From Candidatus Poribacteria bacterium (GTDB lineage: Bacteria; Poribacteria; WGA-4E; WGA-3G), in the NCBI GenBank assembly GCA_003635255.1, contig PYJC01000090.1, forward strand, positions 7,880 to 71,879: a stretch of 64,000 nt of DNA, given 5' to 3'. The notes beneath the pieces were generated by a model. The model was not told the origin of the DNA. It worked only from the letters and a program-made list of their open reading frames with translations, and ran no database searches. The position numbers and the translations under genes were made by a program. Shown in pieces: positions 9,117 through 18,342 of the stretch (position 1 is the stretch's first letter; each line of letters starts with the position of its first letter).

Positions 9117-10919
9117 TTATCTCCGCCACATCATTGGAGTGAACACACGTTCAAACTCACCCTGCTGCCAAGGGGTCAGGATCTCAAAATTTACCGTCTG
9201 AGGGAAAAGTTGGAAAAACATAAACTCCGCTGGTTGCTTCTCCTTAAGCGGACCGGGTACCAATTGCGATGCTGCCGTTTCTAACGCTTCCCGTTGTGTT
9301 TCGCCCAGAAGCAGCTGCATGTCCATGCTCGCCACTATTACATCACGCAGCACCTGTTGAAACCAGGCTTCTCTTTCCGCTTGGTATGCGCTATAGACCG
9401 CAAACGCCTCCTCAGAAAGCACATCTTTGATAGTCCGTTGGTACATCGGATGCTCCGTAATATCAATTTGCGTCTCGCCATCCCCCCATAATTCATCCAT
9501 CGCTTCGTGAACTTTGTCCTGGGCTTCAATATATTGTTGCGCTACACCTTTAGCGACGATTGCCAAACGCCGAGCGGCACGCTCGTCAAGAGCCCCTAAC
9601 AATTCGGTATGCGCAGCGAGTTTGGCTTCGAGGCACTGTATCCTTTGCGCTTGAGATTCCGCGGTATCTGGGTTAATTTCATTCCGAGGTTGCTTCTCTT
9701 GTAGATCCATCCAAGGTTGCTTCTCTCGTACATCAATCGCATCAATCACTATATTAACTTCTTTTTTTATCTCGACCTGCTTAGCTGCTTTCATGCCGAT
9801 AAACGGACGCTTTTTGTTTGCATCCGCTTGAACCAATACCTTACCAGCTTTGTCTGGATTCTCGAGGATAACCACAAATCCTTCGTTCTCATCTGCCCCA
9901 ACCAACATATCGCCGATGCCGACCTCGTCTGCCCCTTTGAGGCGAACCGTGATCCCTTTGGGGGCGTTCGCCTCAACCAATTCTTGCCAAACCTTTGACT
10001 GTGCATCGCTTAAGATACCCTCCAGAGAAATTTTCAATCTATAGTGCACCAGATGTACCGCTTTCTGAGCACTGATCCGTAGGATGTTCATTGAACTTGG
10101 AAAGCCGCCATTCAACGCTGCACCCCGCAGTAGTTTTACAATTTTTTCGCGTTGATCTACTGTCAAACTGAGTTCTCTGTCAAGTGCGGCGGTTATTCGA
10201 CGAGCGACCGCCTCTTGATCTCGCTGCAGCCGCGCCGCTATGAAATTCATATAATCCCGAAGCTGCGCCTCGCTCAGATGCTCGGCAAATGCTGCCTTGC
10301 AATCAGGCTGCGACACTAACATTTTGAACGCTATATCTGCATTCGCGAAGGTACTCAGACTGCCGAGCTGCGCGTGCATCCCATCAATTGAATTAAGCAT
10401 TGACTCATAAAGCGATTCGACAGCGACCTCGTCCAGATCGTAACGCGCCCCCAGACTTTCAGCAACACCTTGGAGTAAGGGCTCATTTTGCTGCTTGATT
10501 CGCTGTTTGATGACCATTCTGTCCATTTCGCCTATTTTGCCTGGTTGCACTTCAAACAGTTTGACTTTGCCTTTCTCAGCCATCTTGAGTGGAACGAAGT
10601 GGTCACCACCATCAACGATGCTGACAGGTTTTCCGCGTCGGTCATTGTATCCTTCTTTGTGGATACTGATGAGATAGCGTCCTGCGGGGATACCCGCTTT
10701 TACATACTCGCCGTTGGCATCCGTTTTTGTGGTGTATTCCGTGCCATCTTGGGCAGCAATCTTGACTTCAACACCTTCAATAGGATTTTGTGTTGGGGTT
10801 GTGTCGGTAATCGTGCCTCGGAGTGTGCCGCCGTTTGCAGCGTTGTTTTGGGCGAAGGTGATACCAGAAAATATCCCGACACAAGCAACAGCTATTAACA
10901 TGAGAATTAAACGGATCAT
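9117..10919 (-). CDS. paralog 3 of 4 (CarboxypepD_reg-like + helical LTxxQ-like protein)
   Basis: 600 aa with AAGGAG upstream. The same N-terminal domain (GGTLRGTITDTTPTQNPIEGVEVKIAAQDG...RYLISIHKEGY) and the same C-terminal end (LTPWQQGEFERVFTPMMWRR) as paralog 2. Confidence 0.8.
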   Translation of the reverse strand: MIRLILMLIAVACVGIFSGITFAQNNAANGGTLRGTITDTTPTQNPIEGVEVKIAAQDGTEYTTKTDANGEYVKAGIPAGRYLISIHKEGYNDRRGKPVSIVDGGDHFVPLKMAEKGKVKLFEVQPGKIGEMDRMVIKQRIKQQNEPLLQGVAESLGARYDLDEVAVESLYESMLNSIDGMHAQLGSLSTFANADIAFKMLVSQPDCKAAFAEHLSEAQLRDYMNFIAARLQRDQEAVARRITAALDRELSLTVDQREKIVKLLRGAALNGGFPSSMNILRISAQKAVHLVHYRLKISLEGILSDAQSKVWQELVEANAPKGITVRLKGADEVGIGDMLVGADENEGFVVILENPDKAGKVLVQADANKKRPFIGMKAAKQVEIKKEVNIVIDAIDVREKQPWMDLQEKQPRNEINPDTAESQAQRIQCLEAKLAAHTELLGALDERAARRLAIVAKGVAQQYIEAQDKVHEAMDELWGDGETQIDITEHPMYQRTIKDVLSEEAFAVYSAYQAEREAWFQQVLRDVIVASMDMQLLLGETQREALETAASQLVPGPLKEKQPAEFMFFQLFPQTVNFEILTPWQQGEFERVFTPMMWRR

Positions 10920-10951
10920 CTGTTCTGAATCTCCTTACAATTACCTTCCAC

Positions 10952-12052
10952 TCACTTGCGGAATTGACGTTCAAAACCTGCCTTCATAGACGTAAACACT
11001 TCCTGCTGCCAAGGACTCAACATCTCCTGATCTGTCCGTTGGAGGAGTTGGTAGACCATACTTGGTAAGGCATCTGTTTTCAATAGGTCAACGGTCAGTT
11101 CTGCTGCTATTGCTGTTAGCTGCTTTCGCTGCGTATCGTTTAAAACCAGCGGCGTTCCCAAGCTGGCAACTGCGACATCCCGTAAAGCGTGTTGATGCCA
11201 ATTGTCCCGTTCGGTTTGGTGCGCGGTATATTGCCTGAACGCCTCTTCAGAAAGCACATCTTTGATGATTTTTTGAAAAAGTGGATTCCTTGTAATATCT
11301 CCATTAGGTTCGCGCCATCGTATTGCGCCGTACTCGTTCCATAATTCTTGCTTCAGGGCATCGAGTCTCTCATCGACCTGTTTGTCGGTCATTTCACCGG
11401 CCTCAACTGCTTGCCTGAGTTTTGCTGCGGTTTCTCGGTATGTTGCTTCGGGGTCTGTGTCTTGTGCGTCAATGTATTGTTGAACGACAACACCTTCAAC
11501 TGCTGACAACCGCCGAGAAGCCTCCTTATTGAGTGTACCCAACAAGTTGGCGTGTGCCCTTAACTTAGCTATGGCAAAGGATCTCAGTTGAAACTCCACT
11601 TGGACTTTGTTACCCGTCGCCATTTTTTTCGCCGCTATACCCTGCAAAAGATGATACTGGGCCTGGGTCAATAGTTCCTCCAGAGAGATTTTTAACTCAT
11701 CGTCTATCAGATGTAATGCCTCCAATATATCAATTTCAAATAGATGCATTGATTTTTCTGTCGCGTCAAGTAGTGTTGGAAAAGATTCATTTGCTGTCGC
11801 GTCAAGTAGTGATTGCTCAAGATTTTTGCGTTGATCTCCTGTTAAGATGAGTTCTTGGCCAATCCATGCCGTTATATATCGGGCGACTGCCCGTTGATCT
11901 TGGTGCCGCAGCTTCGTTGTGTCCGTAATCTGACCGCGGAGGGTTCCATCGTTTAAAGCATCGCCTTGCGCATAGGCGGTCCCAACAGACATACCAATAC
12001 AAGCGATTACACTTAGCATGAAGCCATAGCGGGACATTTTTTTTCGTTGCAT
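10952..12052 (-). CDS. paralog 4 of 4, internally deleted (beta-sandwich almost entirely missing)
   Basis: 366 aa with GAGG 8 nt upstream. The sequence jumps from GTLRGQITDTTKL straight to RHQDQRAVARYITAW, which aligns with RRRDQQAVAQQITAW about 200 residues later in paralog 1. The C-terminal helical domain is conserved (LNDTQRKQL, LSPWQQEVF). Confidence 0.75.
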   Translation of the reverse strand: MQRKKMSRYGFMLSVIACIGMSVGTAYAQGDALNDGTLRGQITDTTKLRHQDQRAVARYITAWIGQELILTGDQRKNLEQSLLDATANESFPTLLDATEKSMHLFEIDILEALHLIDDELKISLEELLTQAQYHLLQGIAAKKMATGNKVQVEFQLRSFAIAKLRAHANLLGTLNKEASRRLSAVEGVVVQQYIDAQDTDPEATYRETAAKLRQAVEAGEMTDKQVDERLDALKQELWNEYGAIRWREPNGDITRNPLFQKIIKDVLSEEAFRQYTAHQTERDNWHQHALRDVAVASLGTPLVLNDTQRKQLTAIAAELTVDLLKTDALPSMVYQLLQRTDQEMLSPWQQEVFTSMKAGFERQFRK

Positions 12053-12085
12053 TGTAAATACCTCGTTCTGATTTCTGTCGCGAAC

Positions 12086-13084
12086 CTAATTTTCTTGGAT
12101 TGTAGCCAAGCCGGTTTGCCATTCCTGTCCCTTCTTGCCTGCGTAGAGCATAGCGTAGGTGTCACCGACTTTAAGGATCTGACCTGTCAATACACCATCG
12201 CAATCAAACGCATTAGTGTCGTCCGATGGTGTAAATACCGGGTTGTCCGGGTTCGGCTCGAAGTTTTGGAAATCGCGTGTTCGTACATGTCCGATTCGCC
12301 AGATTTCGCCATCAAACCCACCATAGAGGATATGGAAGTACTGTGGACCTTTAAACAATTCCGTTTCACGCACGGCTTTACTATCCCACACTTCCCCACT
12401 ACCTGTGAAAACAGGATTGGCAGGATTTTTTGTGACGGATGCAGGGTTGCTCGTCGGTGCGGTCGCATGGCACATCGTCAGTCCCACTCCGAACGATTGT
12501 GTTGCTTTCCCTGTATAAACGATATGAATCGTGTCGCCATCCACCGCAACTGAGGGGTGCGTTGAACCGTGTCGTTCGTGATCAGTGTCAGCAGGGATGA
12601 CAGGCGTGTGCTGGACGCGTTGCCACTCACCGAGGTCTCCAGTGCTTACAAGCAGCCCTGTCTGCTCAGGGGTCGTTTTCCCTTTGCCCCGATAGTACAT
12701 GTAGAACTTGCCATCGGCAGGGTTTAGAAAGGGAAAAGGGTACTCAACGGCTGCATTATCGAAACCGTCTACTGAAGGTTCAAGGATCGGGTTCCGCGCG
12801 TCCTGTGTGATGTTGGTCAGATCACTCATGGGAGCCGTTGCGTGCATGATCAACCAGCGAACGCCGTGGTCCCGTTTGCACCAGATGTAGTGTACCGTCC
12901 CGTCAACGATAATGGCATGCGTTGCTGCTGCCCAGAGGGGTGGTGGCAAGGCAATGATCGGATTGCCTACCGCTATCCTCTTGAAACTGGCGAATAGTTC
13001 AAATGGAATTTCATTTTTGTTTACATCTATCATCAATTCCGCCATTATTTCACTGTATGCGATTAGGGTGTCTCTACCTTTCAT
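12086..13084 (-). CDS. cytoplasmic five-bladed beta-propeller glycosidase/phosphorylase-like protein (GH43/GH130-type)
   Basis: 332-aa ORF without a signal peptide. Repeated NP[IV]-x-x-P ... hydrophobic-strand ... Y-x-G pattern (NPILEPSVDGFDNAAVEYPFPF..KFYMYYRGKG; NPVFTGSGEVWDSKAVRE; NPVFTPSDDTNAFDCDGV..YAMLYAGK). The family assignment is by pattern only. Confidence 0.55.
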   Translation of the reverse strand: MKGRDTLIAYSEIMAELMIDVNKNEIPFELFASFKRIAVGNPIIALPPPLWAAATHAIIVDGTVHYIWCKRDHGVRWLIMHATAPMSDLTNITQDARNPILEPSVDGFDNAAVEYPFPFLNPADGKFYMYYRGKGKTTPEQTGLLVSTGDLGEWQRVQHTPVIPADTDHERHGSTHPSVAVDGDTIHIVYTGKATQSFGVGLTMCHATAPTSNPASVTKNPANPVFTGSGEVWDSKAVRETELFKGPQYFHILYGGFDGEIWRIGHVRTRDFQNFEPNPDNPVFTPSDDTNAFDCDGVLTGQILKVGDTYAMLYAGKKGQEWQTGLATIQEN

Positions 13085-13160
13085 CCCTCTGGAACGCTAT
13101 TAGTGGCTTCCCGCAAACTCAAGAGGGTTTTGTGGGTTTCAAGGTTTCTGCCTAAGGTCC

Positions 13161-13181
13161 GGTGCGGTTACAAACCGCACC
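13161..13181. repeat. palindromic hairpin GGTGCGGTT-aca-AACCGCACC
   Basis: Perfect 9-bp stem followed by ctaccagcctgggg. A second copy lies at 38028..38048. Confidence 0.8.
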
Positions 13182-13210
13182 TACCAGCCTGGGGCCCGCG
13201 AGGGGTGTTT

Positions 13211-16200
13211 CTACCTTCCCTCTAAAGTGTTGAAATAAGCGTCCAACCCTTGGCGAAATTCCTCCGGCAAGACACGTCCTGCTTTGCCTGTTGCCTGTCT
13301 GGGTGCCCGATTTTCGATGAAGGCACCACTGCTATCGTCACCAAGTCCCATGAGCCTCAAAGCAGCAGCTGTCGCGGGTGGTGCTGTTGTTACCATAGGC
13401 GTATTGGGGAGTCGGCACGTTTGAAGCAAGATTTCAATCACTTCCGTTATCGCTGCAATCGCTTTGGGACCCGTATCGGGTTCCGCGAGGATGTCCTCTA
13501 CCTCATCCATAACCGCTGCGGCTGCCATTACCTTCGCGAGTTGCTGTTGGATTCGCCCCTCCTGAGCGTTAGGCAAAAGGCTGATTTGTGCTGCGATTTC
13601 ACGGGTATCCTCAGTGAGCGTAATTTGCGTATCGTACAAGTCAACACTGCGCTCCTCGTATTTATCAGTGGTCAGTGCTTCCTTCGCCTGCTCAAGTTCG
13701 CGCGTCTCTTCCCGCAAGGTGATCTCGCGATCAATGATACGCAACACTTCCAAGACGATTTCCGGCGGTAGATTCGGCAAGTTCACCATACCACCTTCTG
13801 GAGGTGGCGCATCCGGGAGCGGATCTACCAACTGCTCAGCCCATCGATCGAGTGTATCTGCCCAGAATTCTGCCTCAATGGTGGATTGTCCGACAAAATT
13901 CTTGTTAATCGCTTTTGCTATGTCTTCCATCTGGTTTGATACAAGTGCGTCCTGCATCTCCGAAAGTACACGCAAGTAGTTCGACGAGGGGCGGCGATCA
14001 GAATAAGCCACCATGTCTTGTATGATAGTAGATACCGCCTCAGACTCGTTGGTCTCCCGTTCCGCCAAACGTACCCGACGGGACTGATTTTTGGTAACGT
14101 TGCGTTCAAGACCGAAACTATCGAGATCGTTTAGGTCTACTGCGATGTCAATCTGTTTTCGTGAAGCGGCTTTTAGGCGTTTGACGAAGGTACTGTTCTC
14201 AAAACTGACGAGTAACCTGCCCATCTCTTCTGCGAGTTTGGCGAAGGCATCCAGTAACTCTTGCTGTTCTTCGACAGCTTCAATGACGAGGTCTGCTGCC
14301 TCAGGTGCCGATGTCTCTTCGTCTTCTTCGTTTTCTTTGTCTCTACCGCTCCCCTTAAGCATAGTGGTAGGGATACCGAGACCGCCGACGATCTGTGGTG
14401 GCTGTCCTTCCGCACTCTCACCTTCGTTGAATCCGGATTCAACATCAGAGACAGTAGGTGTCGGATTCGCAGGCGCGTAACCCGGCTTACCGTCCGGCTG
14501 TTTGCTCCGATTGACGCTGACCCCTGCCCCTGGCGTGTTCGGATCTTCCGGGGTTTCGTCCAATCCTTCAGGCGGCACTATACTGTCAGGTCCGTACTTC
14601 TCTACCTCTTCCGAATTACTGGGTTCACCGCGAGAAAGCGAGGGGGGTCCCTGTGTTGACGGCTCTCCCTGTTGCCCGGTATTATTATCCGTAGATTCAC
14701 CTGCAGCATCGGCTTCAGCGGTGCTTCCGGGTGCCTCAGCGGCACGTGCAAGTAGGTCGGCAACAGAGGGCATTCTCTGTCGAGCGATTTCTTCCAACTC
14801 CTCTAATATTTCGCCCCACGATTCAAGCTGCTCTGCATCAAACTCCTCATTCTTTGCGGCTTCTTGAACCAACTCTTCACCGGTTTCGATCAAACTGTCG
14901 AGTCTTGCGGCGTTTTCACGTTCTGCGGCAGCTTGTTCTTGGATTTTCTTCCGCTGCGCTGGATCGTCAAGTGCCTCGGCGGGTAGGTCGCGTAGTTCGC
15001 GATTGACTTGGTGCAGCTGCAACTCTTTGTCGTGGACATCCTTTGCGGCACCTGCCCAGAGCTGCATCTGTCCAACCAACCACCTGAAGTGTTCTGCTGG
15101 CGTAAGCACATGGAGGACAAGGTAGGGTGAATAGATCCGCTCGCGATCGGGTAGATAGTCCTCAACATACGCACGCAATCGAAGACTCTGGGGTTTTATA
15201 TTTTCACGCTTGGCAGAAAATGTGGCAGCTACGGTTAAAGTGTCTGCCATCGGCGTACCTGCCGACACAGTTTTCTCACCGCTTGTAGGTTCGGGATTGT
15301 GGACTGGGTTGGCGATCCCCGCCCATTCCAAGCCGATCCGCTTCACACCAAAATCGTCCGTTGCTTGAATTTCAAAAGGAAGCACCTCATCAGAAATGAG
15401 GACCTGATTGTTCTTTAGTTTATTTAAGGCAACCGTTGGTTCCTCATCATCAAGTGCCTCGAATCTTAGGACTTGTGGCTCACGGGCGGAGAGTCCAAAC
15501 CGATCGCGCCATGTGAGTTGCATTTCGGTTGTCGTCTCTACAGATATGGGTTCGGTTGTTACGCGTGCGCCATCCACCTGTTGTGGACGATTGTTTAGTG
15601 TTGCTTCTGACAGTTCTCGTGTAGTGGTAGCCTCCAAAATGGCGGTGCTGCCCCTCACTAAATTCACAATCCCGCCGCGTACATCATCTACTCGGGGTTC
15701 TTGGTGTTGTAGATAATCCGGTAATTCGACTTTGGCAGTAAGATCTTTGAGCGCGGGACGCAATTTGGGTTCAACTGGGATGGCACGCTGTGCGTCTCCG
15801 ACCCGAAGCTTGACGTTCCCGTCCGCCGTTTGTGGCGGCAATTGAAATTTGTAGGTTGCGCCGTCGCGTTCGGCAACTATTGGTGTCTGATCCGCGTATC
15901 GTGCCTCCGCTGATTCAGGCTTCCACGGTGAATCGTCTTTCAATCGGGCTTCGACATCAAAGGGTTCCGCGTATGCGACGACGCGAAGCCCGGTTTCACT
16001 TTCCAACTGTGCGAAAGTGTAACGCTCCACAGCCCGCCACGGCGTTAGCCACCGAGCCAGTGTGTTTCGACTCGTTGCGGGGATCACAATTATCCCAATC
16101 ACAACCAGTATTAAGGGTATCCCTGCCACCCATGCCCAACGGCGATGTCGAGGATTTGGGACGGCATCTGCCAGATTATGCTTTGCTACCTCGGCATCCA

Positions 16201-16636
16201 CCTGACGCATCGCTGCTTCAACTAAAGCGGGACTTGCCGATTGATCCGTCCTACTGGATGCGAGTTCCACGATGCCGAGTACGTGATTGCCAAAACGTGG
16301 AAACTTATGTTGCAACAGCCGAGCGATGCCTTCTAAGCTCCGATGCTGCCAAACCCAATTATAATACTTTAGTGGCAAAAAGAGCACCATTCCCACCATT
16401 CCAGTGAGTAGAATAAGTACCCGCAAAAGCGTAGGTGTATCAAACATGCGGTCTAAGCCAAACACGACGAGATATGAGATTATGATACCGAAGATCGCTG
16501 CCAGCGACCCTTCAGCGAGTTTGATAATCCATACCCGTTTTTGGTAGTGTTCAAGTGCCGCCTTCATGCGAGGTGGCAAGTTGACTTTTTCCTGATGATG
16601 TCCACTGTCGCGTGGTTTTTCTTGTGTTTGTTTCAT
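13211..16636 (-). CDS. large membrane-anchored protein with an acidic low-complexity/coiled-coil centre, last gene of the Bat-type cluster
   Basis: The ORF track gives 13211..16651. The second ATG (16636, MKQTQEK) has AGGAAA 6 nt upstream, whereas the first ATG abuts a heptamer array with no SD. Three to four N-terminal TM helices and a D/E/P/G-rich centre (PEGLDETPEDPNTPGAG...). Confidence 0.7.
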   Translation of the reverse strand: MKQTQEKPRDSGHHQEKVNLPPRMKAALEHYQKRVWIIKLAEGSLAAIFGIIISYLVVFGLDRMFDTPTLLRVLILLTGMVGMVLFLPLKYYNWVWQHRSLEGIARLLQHKFPRFGNHVLGIVELASSRTDQSASPALVEAAMRQVDAEVAKHNLADAVPNPRHRRWAWVAGIPLILVVIGIIVIPATSRNTLARWLTPWRAVERYTFAQLESETGLRVVAYAEPFDVEARLKDDSPWKPESAEARYADQTPIVAERDGATYKFQLPPQTADGNVKLRVGDAQRAIPVEPKLRPALKDLTAKVELPDYLQHQEPRVDDVRGGIVNLVRGSTAILEATTTRELSEATLNNRPQQVDGARVTTEPISVETTTEMQLTWRDRFGLSAREPQVLRFEALDDEEPTVALNKLKNNQVLISDEVLPFEIQATDDFGVKRIGLEWAGIANPVHNPEPTSGEKTVSAGTPMADTLTVAATFSAKRENIKPQSLRLRAYVEDYLPDRERIYSPYLVLHVLTPAEHFRWLVGQMQLWAGAAKDVHDKELQLHQVNRELRDLPAEALDDPAQRKKIQEQAAAERENAARLDSLIETGEELVQEAAKNEEFDAEQLESWGEILEELEEIARQRMPSVADLLARAAEAPGSTAEADAAGESTDNNTGQQGEPSTQGPPSLSRGEPSNSEEVEKYGPDSIVPPEGLDETPEDPNTPGAGVSVNRSKQPDGKPGYAPANPTPTVSDVESGFNEGESAEGQPPQIVGGLGIPTTMLKGSGRDKENEEDEETSAPEAADLVIEAVEEQQELLDAFAKLAEEMGRLLVSFENSTFVKRLKAASRKQIDIAVDLNDLDSFGLERNVTKNQSRRVRLAERETNESEAVSTIIQDMVAYSDRRPSSNYLRVLSEMQDALVSNQMEDIAKAINKNFVGQSTIEAEFWADTLDRWAEQLVDPLPDAPPPEGGMVNLPNLPPEIVLEVLRIIDREITLREETRELEQAKEALTTDKYEERSVDLYDTQITLTEDTREIAAQISLLPNAQEGRIQQQLAKVMAAAAVMDEVEDILAEPDTGPKAIAAITEVIEILLQTCRLPNTPMVTTAPPATAAALRLMGLGDDSSGAFIENRAPRQATGKAGRVLPEEFRQGLDAYFNTLEGR

Positions 16637-16652
16637 CGAAAATTTCCTCATA

Positions 16653-16727
16653 TTGGCTATCGGCTATTGGCTATCAGCCATCAGCAAAGAACCCTCTCGC
16701 TGACGACTGGCGACTATTCCACTGATT
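16653..16727. repeat. heptamer array pair abutting the start of the 1146-aa gene
   Basis: ggctatc ggctatt ggctatc agccatc agc ... gctgacg actggcg actattc. The arms are only partly complementary. Confidence 0.8.
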
Positions 16728-16885
16728 TATAGTAGATCCCGCAATTATTTATACACTCGTATCGTTGTGTAAACTGTGAAGTTGTGTGTCCCAATGGCAC
16801 AGGAAACTAACAGTCTCCTATGCTACAAATGTAAACTTATTTTCGGATTTTACTATAATTGCTAAGACAATTTTTAGTTAAATGC

Positions 16886-17055
16886 TGCCGTTATAAACAT
16901 GCCACCCTTACAGGGTTGGGTTTCTTTTTGGAACTTTTTCTATAAACATATCGTTCCTATGGAACTGAAGGCGATACAAGACACATAGCACTCCGCTGGA
17001 GTGCAAGAGGGGACTACACCATTTTCTATAGACATACCACTCCTACGGAGTGAGG
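16886..17055 (+). repeat. cluster of four REP-like units: conserved CTATAAACAT(R)CC head + variable but self-complementary stem + GAGG/GAAGG tail
   Basis: Units at about 16886, 16936, 16972 and 17021. Stems: ACCCT-taca-GGGTT, GTTCC-tat-GGAAC, GCACTCC-gct-GGAGTGC, CACTCC-tac-GGAGTG. Confidence 0.8.
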
Positions 17056-17173
17056 ATTTTTCTACGGGTTCCTTGGGTGTGGGAAACTTGCGGAAAAACA
17101 TACACGGCTTTGAAACGCAACGCCCACGGCACAAGGATTGTCCAAACTATAGTAATATTTAAAAAGTCTGAAT

Positions 17174-18175
17174 CTATACCCATCCATCATCAATCATTAA
17201 TGTTAATGGCGATTCCATCTCTTCGAGAGGCAGATGAACCCGTTGCCGTTTCCGAGACGACTCATAAATCGCCATAAGGAGTTCTAAAGAAGCGTATCCC
17301 TGATAGCCGCTTGAGCAGTGTTCCCGATCCTCGTCAATGGCTGCAATCAGGTCTTGTACTGGACTAATTTCTGAAGGTAATTCTGGTGTTACCCATGCGC
17401 CGCCAGATTGCTGGTTGCGGATACGGAGTGCCGGTCCACCTGGGGCACTCAACTCAAGTTCGCCCTCTGTCCCGTAGCAGTAAATATGGTGATAACCGGG
17501 AGCAGTATCACTGCCTGATTCAATGATGCCACGGACATTGTCTTCAAATTTGAAGTACCCGACTGCGAAATTCTCGGAGTGTAGATCGTATTTGGTCGGT
17601 GTACCGATCCGTTCGATTTGCCCTATTACCCAACTAATCGGACGATCGCGATAAATAAACCGCATCAGATCGACGGTATGCGTGGCATTGTCCTTCAGGT
17701 CGCCGCCGCCACAGATACCGTGGATTCGGAAAAGTTCACCGATCTGTCCTTCGGCAAGCATCTGCTTCGCGACAACATAAGGTGCGTTAAACCGTAGTTG
17801 ATGGTCAATCGCTAATTTCACATTGTGCTGTGAACAGGTCTCAAGCATCTCTCGCGCCTGTCCGAGATTTTCCGCCATCGGTTTTTCAGAAAGGATTCCT
17901 TTTACACCGTGTTTTGCGACTTCAATCACGAGGGGTGCGTGCAGTTTCGGACGCGTACACACCGAAACAATATCAATCTCCTCGGTTTCGAGCATCTCAA
18001 TATAATCAGTATACTGTTTTTCGACACCGTACTGTTCGCCGTAGGCTTTCATACGCTCTTGGTCAACATCGGCGAGTGCGGTCAACGTCGCTCTCGGTTC
18101 ATTGACATACCATCCGGTGTGCATGTGAGAAATTCCACCGCAACCGACTATTGCCACTTTATAGTTATTAGGCAT
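17174..18175 (-). CDS. Gfo/Idh/MocA family oxidoreductase
   Basis: 333 aa with an N-terminal Rossmann motif (KVAIVGCGGISHMH) and EKP motif (ILSEKPMA). AAGGA is 7-8 nt upstream. Confidence 0.9.
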   Translation of the reverse strand: MPNNYKVAIVGCGGISHMHTGWYVNEPRATLTALADVDQERMKAYGEQYGVEKQYTDYIEMLETEEIDIVSVCTRPKLHAPLVIEVAKHGVKGILSEKPMAENLGQAREMLETCSQHNVKLAIDHQLRFNAPYVVAKQMLAEGQIGELFRIHGICGGGDLKDNATHTVDLMRFIYRDRPISWVIGQIERIGTPTKYDLHSENFAVGYFKFEDNVRGIIESGSDTAPGYHHIYCYGTEGELELSAPGGPALRIRNQQSGGAWVTPELPSEISPVQDLIAAIDEDREHCSSGYQGYASLELLMAIYESSRKRQRVHLPLEEMESPLTLMIDDGWV

Positions 18176-18302
18176 TATAAATTCCTTTTGGTTCAGAATT
18201 GGTCGTTGGTTATCGGTTTGGCTCCCGTATTCACCTCTTGATAGTATATAATATCATGTTTTATTGGAGGTGTCTATCTGCTTTTGACTTTGTGTAGAAG
18301 TA

Positions 18303-18330
18303 TTCAGTTTTTAGTTGTCAGTTGTGCGCC
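18303..18330. repeat. short heptamer array
   Basis: cagtttt tagttgt cagttgt, just downstream of the stop at 18343. Confidence 0.7.
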
Positions 18331-18342
18331 TGTATAGATAAG

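Noticed and set aside
7144-9129. Start codon at 9129 giving a 13-nt overlap with the upstream paralog
   Set aside because: ATG 9096 has a GAGGAGG SD and aligns with the starts of the sister genes (M(A/T)RFSFVLIV).
5515-12052. Diversity-generating retroelement or other programmed hypervariation acting on the paralog array
   Set aside because: No reverse transcriptase or template-repeat/variable-repeat pair is visible. Differences between copies are spread along the genes and include domain indels.
16886-17055. Possible small CRISPR array (four spaced similar units)
   Set aside because: The units are degenerate: only the CTATAAACAT head is conserved. Spacings of 35-50 nt leave essentially no spacers, the variable part is a self-complementary stem, and no cas genes are nearby. 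A REP-like cluster explains it better.
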